NCBI GenBank assembly: GCA_037446695.1
Contig: JBBIHY010000002.1
Location: 193,099-257,098, forward strand
DNA: 64,000 bases
Source of the DNA: Bacteroidota bacterium
Lineage (GTDB): Bacteria; Bacteroidota; Bacteroidia; Bacteroidales; PUMT01
Direction: 5' to 3'
The position numbers were made by a program, and so were the translations under genes. This document shows, piece after piece, positions 18,964 through 28,314 of this stretch. Position 1 is the stretch's first letter; every line of letters starts with the position of its first letter. The notes beneath the pieces are model-generated. The model saw only the letters and a program-made list of their open reading frames with translations, did no database searches and had not been told where the DNA came from.

Positions 18964-20757
18964 TTACATTCTGGGCGGGACCTCAATGCCAAGCAATTCC
19001 ATCCCGTCTTTGATAACCCCGGCAACGGCCCGGGATAACTTCAAACGGAAAATTCGCTTGTTATTGTCGGATTCCCTTAGCATAGGAAAATCATGATAAA
19101 ACTGGTTGTATTCCCTTGCCATGTCATACAGGTAATTTGCAATCAGCGCTGGGCTGAGAGCTTCACCAGCCTCTGCCAGAACAGAAGGATAATCGTGCAC
19201 CAGCTTTACCAGGATAGCTTCCTTTTCATGTGGTACCAGGTTTCTATTCAAATTTTCCGGCACCGGGTTCTTTGCCTCCAGGGCTTTGGCCAACACAGAC
19301 TGAATCCTGGCGTAGGTGTATTGTATGAATGGTCCGGTATTCCCGTTAAAATCAATAGATTCAGCCGGGTTAAACAGCATATTCTTTTTAGGATCAACTT
19401 TAAGAATAAAATACTTTAGGGCTCCCAATCCAATGGTGCGTATAATCCTCTCTTTTTCCTTCTCCTCGAAATCACCTAGTTTTCCTAACTCAGCCGACAT
19501 TTGCCTTGCCGTATCAAACATTTCCTGTAAAAGATTATCTGCATCAACAACTGTTCCTTCACGCGATTTCATTTTCCCCTGAGGCAATTCCACCATTCCG
19601 TAGGAAATATGATGGATTTTACCGGCCCACTCATATCCCAGTTTTTTCATCACCAGTTCCAGTACCCTGAAATGGTATTCCTGTTCGTTTCCAACAACAT
19701 AAAGCATCCGGGAAGGATTGAAATCATGGTGACGCAAAATGGCAGTACCAATATCCTGTGTAATGTAGACCGAAGTGCCATCAGACCGCAGCAGGATTTT
19801 TCTGTCCAGTCCATCATTTGTCAAATCAACCCAAACCGAATTATCTTCCTCACGGGTGAGCAATCCGCTATCAACGGCAGAAAGCACCTTTTCCTTTCCA
19901 AGAAGATAAGTTTCCGACTCATGGTAAATTTTGTCAAACGAAACACCGAGTGCAGAATAGGTTAGGTTAAAACCCTCATAAACCCAGTTGTTCATCATGT
20001 TCCATAACTCCATGACCACGGGATCATTCTTTTCCCATTGAATCAACATTTCCTGTGCCTCTTTCAGAAGTGGTGCCTGGTGCCTGGCCTGTTCGGGATC
20101 CGTGCCTCTGTTAATCAGGTCTTCAATCTGCGAGCGGTATTGTTTCTCAAACAGCACATAATAATCACCAACAAGATGGTCGCCCTTTTTCCCTGAGGAG
20201 GCAGGTGTCTCACCATTGCCCCATTTCTGCCATGCCAGCATGGATTTACAAATATGTATACCACGATCATTAACCAGATTTACTTTCACCACCCTGTGAC
20301 CATTGGCTGCGAGAATTCTTGAAATACTCTCTCCAAGCAGATTGTTCCTTATATGCCCAAGATGCAAAGGTTTATTGGTATTGGGTGAGGAAAATTCAAC
20401 AAGAACAGGCCGGGAATCAGAATCAGGCTGCCTTCTGCCAAAATCCGGCTGTACCGCATGATCATCAAGAAAGCCAAGCCAATAGGAAGATTGAAGGGAA
20501 ATATTTAAAAAACCCTTTATAATATTAAAGGAATGAACAACAGGCATTTTTTCCTTCAGATAACCGCCAATTTCCAGCGCTGTCTGCTCAGGGGACTTTC
20601 TGGTTGCCTTTACAAAAGGAAAAACCACGAGCGTAAAATCACCCTTAAATTCCTTCCTGGTCTTTTGCACCTGGATGGAATTGTCGTCAGGCTGAAAATT
20701 GTAATTCTCAGAAAGAAAGTCCTTCAGAACTGCAGAAACCTCTATCTCAAAAGTCAT
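18964..20757 (-). CDS. argS: arginine--tRNA ligase
   Basis: Class I HIGH motif (SPNTNKPLHLGHIRN), a KMSKS-like motif (GKMKSREG) and the C-terminal anticodon-binding DALR region. 597 aa. Confidence 0.95.
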   Translation of the reverse strand: MTFEIEVSAVLKDFLSENYNFQPDDNSIQVQKTRKEFKGDFTLVVFPFVKATRKSPEQTALEIGGYLKEKMPVVHSFNIIKGFLNISLQSSYWLGFLDDHAVQPDFGRRQPDSDSRPVLVEFSSPNTNKPLHLGHIRNNLLGESISRILAANGHRVVKVNLVNDRGIHICKSMLAWQKWGNGETPASSGKKGDHLVGDYYVLFEKQYRSQIEDLINRGTDPEQARHQAPLLKEAQEMLIQWEKNDPVVMELWNMMNNWVYEGFNLTYSALGVSFDKIYHESETYLLGKEKVLSAVDSGLLTREEDNSVWVDLTNDGLDRKILLRSDGTSVYITQDIGTAILRHHDFNPSRMLYVVGNEQEYHFRVLELVMKKLGYEWAGKIHHISYGMVELPQGKMKSREGTVVDADNLLQEMFDTARQMSAELGKLGDFEEKEKERIIRTIGLGALKYFILKVDPKKNMLFNPAESIDFNGNTGPFIQYTYARIQSVLAKALEAKNPVPENLNRNLVPHEKEAILVKLVHDYPSVLAEAGEALSPALIANYLYDMAREYNQFYHDFPMLRESDNNKRIFRLKLSRAVAGVIKDGMELLGIEVPPRM

Positions 20758-20899
20758 TCGTTCAAAATTATGTCAACAAAGATAATATTTGCGAAGGAGA
20801 TTCCCTTTACTGAAAATGTAAGTGATATATATTTAGCAAATAGCCGATAAATTGACCCTCCCTTCAAAAACAGAAGAATATTCCCTTGTAAAAGTTCAA

Positions 20900-20931
20900 T
20901 AAAAAAGGGATTATCGCCAGCGATAATCCCT
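20900..20931 (-). terminator. Rho-independent terminator of the LExWM-repeat gene
   Basis: A 10-bp perfect stem GGGATTATCG (20907-16) / CGATAATCCC (20921-30) has loop CCAG. On the minus strand it is followed by T6 (A6 at 20901-06 on plus). Confidence 0.8.
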
Positions 20932-20950
20932 CACCCAAAAAAACACCAAC

Positions 20951-21430
20951 CTAAATCTGAAAAAAATAAGGATCTTTCATCCATGTCTGAAGGAGATTTT
21001 CCTCAGAGGAAAAGGAACAATTAAATTTTACATCACAAATATTTCTTGATATAAAATTCCAGTGGCAGGGATCAAGCATCCATGGCTCCAGGTTCAAATC
21101 GCTCACAAACTGGTTATCATCAAATGTAACTCCCCAATGATCTTTACTGGTCATCCATGATTCAAGTATACCGTGATCATTCATTACCTGGTATTCCTCC
21201 CCGGGAAAATTCCACCGGTCTATATCAGCCATCCAACCTTCCAGCAATATGTTGCTTTCTTCAACGAGAAATCCATCAGTTAATTCAGTTTCAAAATTTG
21301 CCCGAACCATCCTGCCGTTGTTATCTCCCGATGCAATAACTGAGAAAAGTGGTGCAATAAAAAAAGACAAAGCAAAAAGTAATTTCATAGGTAATTTGGT
21401 ATTATTGCTAATGAAGCGCATATTTTTCAT
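20951..21430 (-). CDS. hypothetical secreted protein with four L[EQ]xWM repeats
   Basis: Signal-peptide-like MKLLFALSFFIAPLFSVIASG. Repeats are LEGWMADIDRW (aa 63-73), LESWMTSKDHW (89-99), LEPWMLDPCHW (114-124) and LQTWMKDPYFF (147-157). I recognise no family. Confidence 0.6.
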   Translation of the reverse strand: MKNMRFISNNTKLPMKLLFALSFFIAPLFSVIASGDNNGRMVRANFETELTDGFLVEESNILLEGWMADIDRWNFPGEEYQVMNDHGILESWMTSKDHWGVTFDDNQFVSDLNLEPWMLDPCHWNFISRNICDVKFNCSFSSEENLLQTWMKDPYFFQI

Positions 21431-21642
21431 TTTCTATAGTTAGACAATTCAAATCGTTTTTTGTTTAACTTTTAACAAAAATTAATTAAACCTTTTTGTT
21501 AAAAATATTTTCGGATGCAAAAGTATTATTTTCTTTCAATTTGAACTAATTCTAAATAATAAAAATATCTGTTTCCTCCCATCTTTAACAAATATTAACC
21601 TATTCATGGGCATTCAATCAAAAAAATTCAGCAGAAGTAAAA

Positions 21643-22560
21643 TTATTCTTCCAGGAGACTCTCTTTTGATTTGAGGGTAAATGAATACAGAAACCTGTAT
21701 AAATCAAAGAAATATAATTTTGGAGGTGAATAGCGGAGTTTTCGTTCAAGAATGGACTGTAGTTTATTAAACAAAAAAATAAACATAAATCTCAAACCCA
21801 GAGACCTGAAAAACAAATGAGCCCTCAATAAACGGTTATACCTGCCCATTGCATTTCCAACCTGGTTGTATATTAAAAACAAGTTTCGTATTCCTTCCCT
21901 GCATTTTTCAAGAAACAATTCAGCCGGTTCAAGGCCTGTATGCACGGCGGGGTTTTCAATGTGGAAAGGCCTAAAATGGTTTTGCTCAAGGTCCATCCCG
22001 AAAAGGGTATCTTCATGACCATACCCCCTGAGTTTTTCATTGAACCTGACTTTATCAAATAATTGCCTGGCCGCAATAAAATTAAAGGCAGAAAAGCTTT
22101 TACAGGGAGAATTCTGTCTGATTGATGCAGGCCTTTCCTCCCTCATTTTTCCGTAATACCATCTTAAGAATTTATCAGGTTCTTTGGGAGGTTGTCCATA
22201 GTATGAAGTACCCCCGACAATAACTTCGGCACTGCCTTCATTGCATATACTGATGTACCTTTTCAAAAAATGCTGGTCAGTAATTTCTGCATCTGCATCA
22301 AGAAATAATAACCAGGAATATACAGCGGCCCCGGCAAGAAGGTTCCGGGTGGCAGCGCGCCCCCTTCTCTCTGCATTTCTGATTAATTTAACTTCATCCA
22401 CTGACAGGAACGATTTGTAGATCTGTTGGTATTCGACCTGCGATGCGTCATCGCCCAGAATAATTTCAAATGCAACACCGGCACTAACGGCCTGCCTGTG
22501 GAGTTCTATTATCAACCTGGCAGGATTATAATTATAAACCGGTATCAGAATGGACAACAT
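21643..22560 (-). CDS. glycosyltransferase family 2
   Basis: MLSILIPVYNYN N-terminus, GDDAS and the FLDAD (DxD) motif typical of GT-A family 2. Confidence 0.85.
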   Translation of the reverse strand: MLSILIPVYNYNPARLIIELHRQAVSAGVAFEIILGDDASQVEYQQIYKSFLSVDEVKLIRNAERRGRAATRNLLAGAAVYSWLLFLDADAEITDQHFLKRYISICNEGSAEVIVGGTSYYGQPPKEPDKFLRWYYGKMREERPASIRQNSPCKSFSAFNFIAARQLFDKVRFNEKLRGYGHEDTLFGMDLEQNHFRPFHIENPAVHTGLEPAELFLEKCREGIRNLFLIYNQVGNAMGRYNRLLRAHLFFRSLGLRFMFIFLFNKLQSILERKLRYSPPKLYFFDLYRFLYSFTLKSKESLLEE

Positions 22561-22730
22561 GCAATAGATAATTTTAAATAATGCAGAGAATCCTCAAAGC
22601 AATATTATGTATTTCTGCGGGCTTTTACAAAGGTGAAGTTCATTCAGTTGAAAATCCATTATATTTGGTATGAAATTAGAGGAGATTTTTTTCGTTACAG
22701 TAAATTGAGTTTGTATAATCAGTATAGAAG

Positions 22731-24131
22731 ATGAATAAGATTATTTTTTTTGTTTCACTGCTGGCTGTTTCGTATTCAATTTTTGGGCAGGCCTACAAAA
22801 TTGATATAAAAATAGAAGAAATCAGGGACACGAGTATTTACCTGGCTTACCATTTCGGCAACAAAAAATATGTAAAGGATACAATCAGGCTGGATTCCAG
22901 GGGAGCAGGATCGTTCCTTGGCAAGGAAAATCTTCCCGGAGGAATTTACCTGGTGGTACTGCCCAATATGAGCTATTTCGAAATCCTGGTTACTGACAAT
23001 CAGAATTTCGGTGTGGAGACCAGTATGAAAGATCCGCTCAAAAATATGAATATAAAGAATTCACCGGAAAATATCCTTTTCAACCAATACCAGCTTTTCA
23101 TGGCCGACAAGCAGTCTGCTTCGGATGCAATTCAGCAAAGGATGCGTGAAAATATGGAAAACAGGGACTCCCTGAATGCCCTGCAGGTTCAGTTGCGTAT
23201 TCTTGACAGGGAAGTAAAGGATTACTGGAACAAGATCATCCTGGAAAATCCCGGCAGTTTTATGGCAAATATCATCAAGGGAATGATGAGTGTGGAAATA
23301 CCTGAATTTAATATCTCTTCATCGCACAGGAATCCTGATTCACTCAGATGGGTCATGGGCTATAATTATAACCGGAAGCACTATTTTGACAACCTGGACT
23401 TCTCTGATGAAAGATTGCTCAGAACGCCCATTCTTCACAACAGGATTGAACACTTTTTTACCCGCATGCTCATTCAGCAGACCGATTCCATCATTCCCCA
23501 GGCTGAAAGGGTGATAGAACTGTCGCGAGCAAATGAAAAGGTTTACCAGTATGTTCTTGTTTACCTGCTAAACCATTATGAAACCTCACACATTATGGGA
23601 CTGGATGAGGTTTTTGTGCACCTTGCTGAAAAATATTACCTCTCGGGACAGGCACCCTGGGCCTCGAAGGAAGTAATTGACAAATTAAACACCAGGGTGC
23701 AACGGCTCAAGCCAAACCTGATTGGACGCGTGGGCGCCGACCTGAGGATGCTGACACAGCAGGGGAATTTTATTAACCTGCACCAGGTAAAAGCCAATTA
23801 CATTATCCTTTATTTTTATGAGCCTGGATGCGGACATTGCAAAACCGTTACACCCCAGTTATGGAATATTTATGAAAAATACAGGAAAAAGGGGGTTGAA
23901 GTATTTGCCGTTTACATAATGGATAATAAAAACGAGTGGATAGAATACACCCGTCAGAACAAATACGACTGGATCAATGTGTATGATCCCACAAATGCAT
24001 CATTTTTCAGGTATTATTACGATATTTACAGCACTCCAACCATATATATGCTGGACAAGGACAAAAAAATCATTGCAAAGCGCATTGGGGCTGAAACAGT
24101 TGAAAAAATACTGGAAGAAAATTTCAGATAA
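22731..24131 (+). CDS. thioredoxin-fold (TlpA/ResA-like) protein with a long N-terminal domain (DUF5106-like)
   Basis: A signal peptide is present. The C-terminal Trx fold carries YFYEPGCGHCK (CxxC) and a YSTPTIYMLD cis-Pro region. Confidence 0.75.
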   Translation: MNKIIFFVSLLAVSYSIFGQAYKIDIKIEEIRDTSIYLAYHFGNKKYVKDTIRLDSRGAGSFLGKENLPGGIYLVVLPNMSYFEILVTDNQNFGVETSMKDPLKNMNIKNSPENILFNQYQLFMADKQSASDAIQQRMRENMENRDSLNALQVQLRILDREVKDYWNKIILENPGSFMANIIKGMMSVEIPEFNISSSHRNPDSLRWVMGYNYNRKHYFDNLDFSDERLLRTPILHNRIEHFFTRMLIQQTDSIIPQAERVIELSRANEKVYQYVLVYLLNHYETSHIMGLDEVFVHLAEKYYLSGQAPWASKEVIDKLNTRVQRLKPNLIGRVGADLRMLTQQGNFINLHQVKANYIILYFYEPGCGHCKTVTPQLWNIYEKYRKKGVEVFAVYIMDNKNEWIEYTRQNKYDWINVYDPTNASFFRYYYDIYSTPTIYMLDKDKKIIAKRIGAETVEKILEENFR

Positions 24132-24149
24132 GCTTAACCCACCGAGATT

Positions 24150-24183
24150 AAAAAAATCCTGATCAATTAATCAGGATTTTTTC
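24150..24183. terminator. bidirectional intrinsic terminator between convergent genes (Trx-like / dnaA)
   Basis: ATCCTGAT (24156-63) pairs with ATCAGGAT (24170-77). An A run lies on the left and a T run on the right. Confidence 0.8.
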
Positions 24184-24198
24184 GTTTTACAATTGGTT

Positions 24199-25620
24199 TC
24201 AGACCTTTAGTTTTTTCTGTATATCTTCCACATATTGTTTGAACTGCTTATCGGTTTCCATGAGGTTGTTCACAGTCTTGCAGGCATGCAACACAGTGGC
24301 ATGATCTTTTCCGCCTATTTGTGTCCCAATATTTGCGAGGGAAGATTTGGTAAGGTTCTTGGAAAAATACATGGCAATCTGTCTGGCCTGCACAATTTCC
24401 CTCTTTCGTGTTTTCGTCTGCAACTGATTCACCTCGATATTGAAATAGTCGCATACCACCTTTTGAATATAATCTATGGAAATCTCCTTCTTGCTGTTTT
24501 TCACCAGTTTGTCAATTACCTGGCGGGCAAGGTCCACATTAATTTCCTTCCTGTTGAGAGTGGATTGGGCGAGAAGTGAAATCACCGCACCCTCTAGTTC
24601 CCTCACGTTAGTCGTCACAAAGTTGGCCAATGTTTCAAGAACCTCGGTTTCAATTTCAATACCGTCTTTGTATATCTTTTGGTTAAGAATAGCCATACGG
24701 GTTTCATAATCGGGCAACTGCAAATCTGCCGAAAGACCCCATTTGAACCTGGACAAAAGTCTTTGCTCCAGTCCCTGTAATTCTACAGGAGGTTTGTCTG
24801 AAGTAAGAATTAACTGTTTGCCGGTTTGGTGAAGGTGATTAAATATGTGGAAGAAAATATCCTGTGTTTTTTCTTTTCCTGCAAAATGGTGCACATCATC
24901 AATAATAAGCACATCTACCATCTGGTAAAAATGCAGGAAGTCGTTTTTATTATTATTTCTTACTGCTTCCACGAACTGAGTCTGAAACTTATCAGCTCGA
25001 ACATACAACACTATTTTATCGGGAAATTTTTCCTTCACCTCAATACCAATGGCATGTGAAAGATGTGTTTTTCCCAACCCGGTGTCACCATAAATAAACA
25101 ATGGATTGAATGCTGTACCACCGGGGTTTTGTGAAACAGCCATGCCGGCAGCTCTTGCCAGGCGATTGCACTCCCCCTCTACAAAATTCCTGAAATTATA
25201 GGAGGGATTGAGTTGAGAATCAATCTGCATCTTCTTCAGTCCCGGGATAACAAATGGATTCTTTATGGATTCCTCAACCTGTTCAATAGGAACTGAAACG
25301 GATTTATTTGATAAATCGGATTTTGCCCTGGTAGGAAGTTTCACGATATAGGGCTGGGTGGAGCCAAAATTATTGTTCTCCATCACTATATTGTACTCGA
25401 GCTTGGCATCTGTTCCAATTTCCTTCCTCAGGGTTTTGCCAAGAAGCTCAATATACTTCTCTTCGAGGTATTCATAAAAAAAAGGGCTTGGAACCTGAAT
25501 TGTGAGAACATTATTTTCAAGTTTCAACGGAACAATTGGCTCAAACCAGGTTCTAAAACTTATGGATGGAACGTTATCTTTAATAATTTTAAGGCAATTG
25601 TTCCAGACAACCTGATGCAT
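24199..25620 (-). CDS. dnaA: chromosomal replication initiator protein DnaA
   Basis: AAA+ Walker A GDTGLGKTHL, Walker B LIIDDVH, and the domain IV DNA-binding segment REIVQARQIAMYFSKNLT...IGGKDHATVLHA. Confidence 0.97.
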   Translation of the reverse strand: MHQVVWNNCLKIIKDNVPSISFRTWFEPIVPLKLENNVLTIQVPSPFFYEYLEEKYIELLGKTLRKEIGTDAKLEYNIVMENNNFGSTQPYIVKLPTRAKSDLSNKSVSVPIEQVEESIKNPFVIPGLKKMQIDSQLNPSYNFRNFVEGECNRLARAAGMAVSQNPGGTAFNPLFIYGDTGLGKTHLSHAIGIEVKEKFPDKIVLYVRADKFQTQFVEAVRNNNKNDFLHFYQMVDVLIIDDVHHFAGKEKTQDIFFHIFNHLHQTGKQLILTSDKPPVELQGLEQRLLSRFKWGLSADLQLPDYETRMAILNQKIYKDGIEIETEVLETLANFVTTNVRELEGAVISLLAQSTLNRKEINVDLARQVIDKLVKNSKKEISIDYIQKVVCDYFNIEVNQLQTKTRKREIVQARQIAMYFSKNLTKSSLANIGTQIGGKDHATVLHACKTVNNLMETDKQFKQYVEDIQKKLKV

Positions 25621-25964
25621 AAAATCCTGTGCTTTCTATTAGGTTTGACGATTTTTTTTCATTTTTTAATTGCTTGAGCAATTTTGTTAAAAAAAACAAA
25701 AAAAAAAAATCACTTCGGGTATTGACTTTCTCAATAAAAAAACAACGCCTTAGAAACCAAAATTTTACAAAATCGAAAAAAAATAAAAAAAATACATTAC
25801 GCTCATTAACAAACCATTACACAGTAGAATTATTAAGGAATTGTTAACTAACTGTTTAACCTGGATTAATTAACAAGTCATTGAAGTAAACAAAAATTTC
25901 ACGTTTTTTTTGTCAAAAAATTAGAGCCCTTGGTCAAATTAGAATGAGGACAAAATGCAAAAAT

Positions 25965-26963
25965 CTATTTTTTCTGCTGCGTAGTATCGGAATCAGATCT
26001 TTTAGAACCACCTCCAAAATTAATAAGTGATACAGAGACATACCGTCTTGGATTATTGCGGAAGTCTATCAGTAGTTTATCCAGGCTGGCCGAGGCCCTG
26101 GAGAGATTTTCATACAATAATTTGTCATGAATAAGTGCGCCTGCGCTGCCTTCTCCTGAGTTGATTTTCTCCAGAATGAGGTTTGCATTCGCCAGTGACT
26201 GATTCAGGTTAGTGATTGTCTGTTGAATTTCTGCTTTGGAAAGAGAATCGGTGATATTATTCACATTATTTAAAATCTGGCTGATTTCCTGATTGTTATT
26301 CTTAAAGTTGGCCGTTATGGATTCGAGATTGGCCATAATCAATGAAAATTTGCTGTTCTTGTCTGTGAGAATCGTATCAATGGCATACATGGATCTTTCA
26401 AGACTTCCAATCGCTTTGCTGATATTCTCAAAGCTGCTCGTAAAGTTCTGCTGGAAGTTTTCATTGAAAACTGTCTGTATAATCACGAGAATAGAATCAA
26501 TGGAGCCCATCAGTTCTTCCGCTTTCAGTTTCAGTGGGATCAGCTGCAGGTTAATTTCTTCCTTCAGGTCAGGTTCAATTTCTGAGCGAAGTGTATCTCC
26601 ACTGGAATGAAACTCAGAAGAACCACTTAACATCAGTTCAATGGCACGTGTGCCCATTAAATCGGCACTGTAAATCTTGGCAACTGAATGAAGGGGAATC
26701 CTGTAATTGTGGTCAATAAGCAATCTAACCCTGATGTTCCGGTAATCGGGCAGAAACCTGACATCGTCGACAGTACCAATTTTTACGCCATTCACGATAA
26801 CAGGAGCTGATTGCTCCAGTCCACCAACCTTTTCATATATTACTACATATGTAGAAGCGGGTTTGAGAAGATTTCTCCCTTTGATAAAACTGTATCCCCA
26901 GATAAACACGGCAAGGGTAACCAGTATAATGGATCCTATCTTGAATTCCTTTCTTATCTTCAT
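25965..26963 (-). CDS. MlaD/MCE-domain protein
   Basis: An N-terminal TM anchor is followed by the MCE domain (YVVIYEKVGGLEQSAPVIVNGVKIGTVDDV). A long helical C-terminal region follows. Confidence 0.8.
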   Translation of the reverse strand: MKIRKEFKIGSIILVTLAVFIWGYSFIKGRNLLKPASTYVVIYEKVGGLEQSAPVIVNGVKIGTVDDVRFLPDYRNIRVRLLIDHNYRIPLHSVAKIYSADLMGTRAIELMLSGSSEFHSSGDTLRSEIEPDLKEEINLQLIPLKLKAEELMGSIDSILVIIQTVFNENFQQNFTSSFENISKAIGSLERSMYAIDTILTDKNSKFSLIMANLESITANFKNNNQEISQILNNVNNITDSLSKAEIQQTITNLNQSLANANLILEKINSGEGSAGALIHDKLLYENLSRASASLDKLLIDFRNNPRRYVSVSLINFGGGSKRSDSDTTQQKK

Positions 26964-27016
26964 GCTTAAAAAAATTGTATCGGGAAATAATTATTGCCTG
27001 AAATTAAAACGCAAAT

Positions 27017-28243
27017 TTAGGGATTTAAATGCTTTAAAGCTTCCTGAACAGAAATTAATTTTCCGTTATGAGAGGCTACAAGGAAAGCATCGGGGAAAAA
27101 TTCATTCACTCTCCTCCTTAATTCAACTCCTTCTTCCAGGGTATTTGCCTGTCCAACAGTATACCGGTACACCCGGTCAGAATGAAATTCAGAAACATTA
27201 TCCAGACCCTTAAAGAAATCTGAGTCAAGTGCAACTCTGTTGGAAGAGGCACTCACCTGCACCCTGAAAATAACTGCATGTGATGTATTTCTTACTTGCC
27301 CAAGACCCTCTGGTGATTCCGGGTCACTCTTTACCACCCTGGTTGCGGCAGTAGTTTGAATATTACCATCAGTAACTGGCTGAATTCGGTTTACCTGAAA
27401 AGAACCTGAATTGCTTCTTTTCTCGATGGTTTCTTTATACTCCCTGAACGCCCTGTAAATTGCTGAGGCCAGGTGTGCCTGTCCCTCCTCCGACATTAGG
27501 TATTTCTCTTCATCAGGATTGGATATAAAACCAACTTCAATCAGAACACTTGGCATAGTGGTACGCCACAAAACCAAAAACCCGGCCTGCTTCACACCAC
27601 GATCAATCCGCCTGGCCCTGTCCCGGAACTGATTCTGGATATGAGAAGCAAAATCCAGACTTTGATGCAGAAAAGTGTTTTGCATGAGGGAAAAAATGAT
27701 GAAGGACTCAGGAGAGTTGGGATCATAACCCTCGTAACGGTCAGCATAATTCTCCTCGAAAAGAATAGCCCTGTTCTCCTTTCGGGCAACCTCAAGATTT
27801 TCTTTTGAAGTATGCAAACCCATGGCGAAAGTTTCCGAACCATAAGCCCGTTTGTCCTTGCTGGCATTGGCATGTATAGAGATGAACAAGTCGGCATTTT
27901 TTTCATTTGCAATATCTGCCCTGCGGAAGACTTCCACAAATACATCCTCTTTCCGTGTGAAGATCACTTCCACGTCTTTATGATTGTCCTCAATATATTT
28001 ACCCACTTTTAAAGCAATGGAAAGTACTATATCCTTTTCATTTGACTGCAACCCAACTGCTCCGGGATCCTTGCCGCCATGACCCGCATCTATTACCACT
28101 TTTCTCAGCCTGTAACCATCCTGTGCAAGGCAGTTTTCCTCAACAAAAAAGGACATTAAAATAAAAACCAGAATAAAAATTGAATCGGGTATTCGTTTTA
28201 ATTTGTATAAAAATCCAATTATTGACGGGAGTATCATGTTCAT
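27017..28243 (-). CDS. N-acetylmuramoyl-L-alanine amidase (Amidase_3) with a C-terminal SPOR-like domain
   Basis: VVIDAGHGGKDPGAVG, SIHANA and GFISN motifs. The C-terminal FRVQVSASSN...YRYTVGQ...LRRRV...FPDAFLVA resembles a SPOR peptidoglycan-binding domain. Confidence 0.88.
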   Translation of the reverse strand: MNMILPSIIGFLYKLKRIPDSIFILVFILMSFFVEENCLAQDGYRLRKVVIDAGHGGKDPGAVGLQSNEKDIVLSIALKVGKYIEDNHKDVEVIFTRKEDVFVEVFRRADIANEKNADLFISIHANASKDKRAYGSETFAMGLHTSKENLEVARKENRAILFEENYADRYEGYDPNSPESFIIFSLMQNTFLHQSLDFASHIQNQFRDRARRIDRGVKQAGFLVLWRTTMPSVLIEVGFISNPDEEKYLMSEEGQAHLASAIYRAFREYKETIEKRSNSGSFQVNRIQPVTDGNIQTTAATRVVKSDPESPEGLGQVRNTSHAVIFRVQVSASSNRVALDSDFFKGLDNVSEFHSDRVYRYTVGQANTLEEGVELRRRVNEFFPDAFLVASHNGKLISVQEALKHLNP

Positions 28244-28314
28244 GCTAATTTTTTTTATTTAGATTTGAACACTGGTTCTCAAAACTCAAATCACGCAAAA
28301 ATAGTATATATCCC

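Noticed and set aside
18906-19025. A 40-codon N-terminal extension of ffh in the ORF track (MPGLSKTGWNCLALRS...).
   Set aside because: It overlaps the 3' end of argS (stop at 18964). The canonical Ffh N-terminus MFDNLTDRLEKSF begins at the ATG at 18905, so the extension is just an open upstream frame.
25629-25847. A 72-aa Lys/Asn-rich ORF upstream of dnaA (…FVKKNKKKKSLRVL…SKKNKKNTL…).
   Set aside because: It is an artefact of translating poly-A tracts in an AT-rich spacer. It has no plausible fold or motif.
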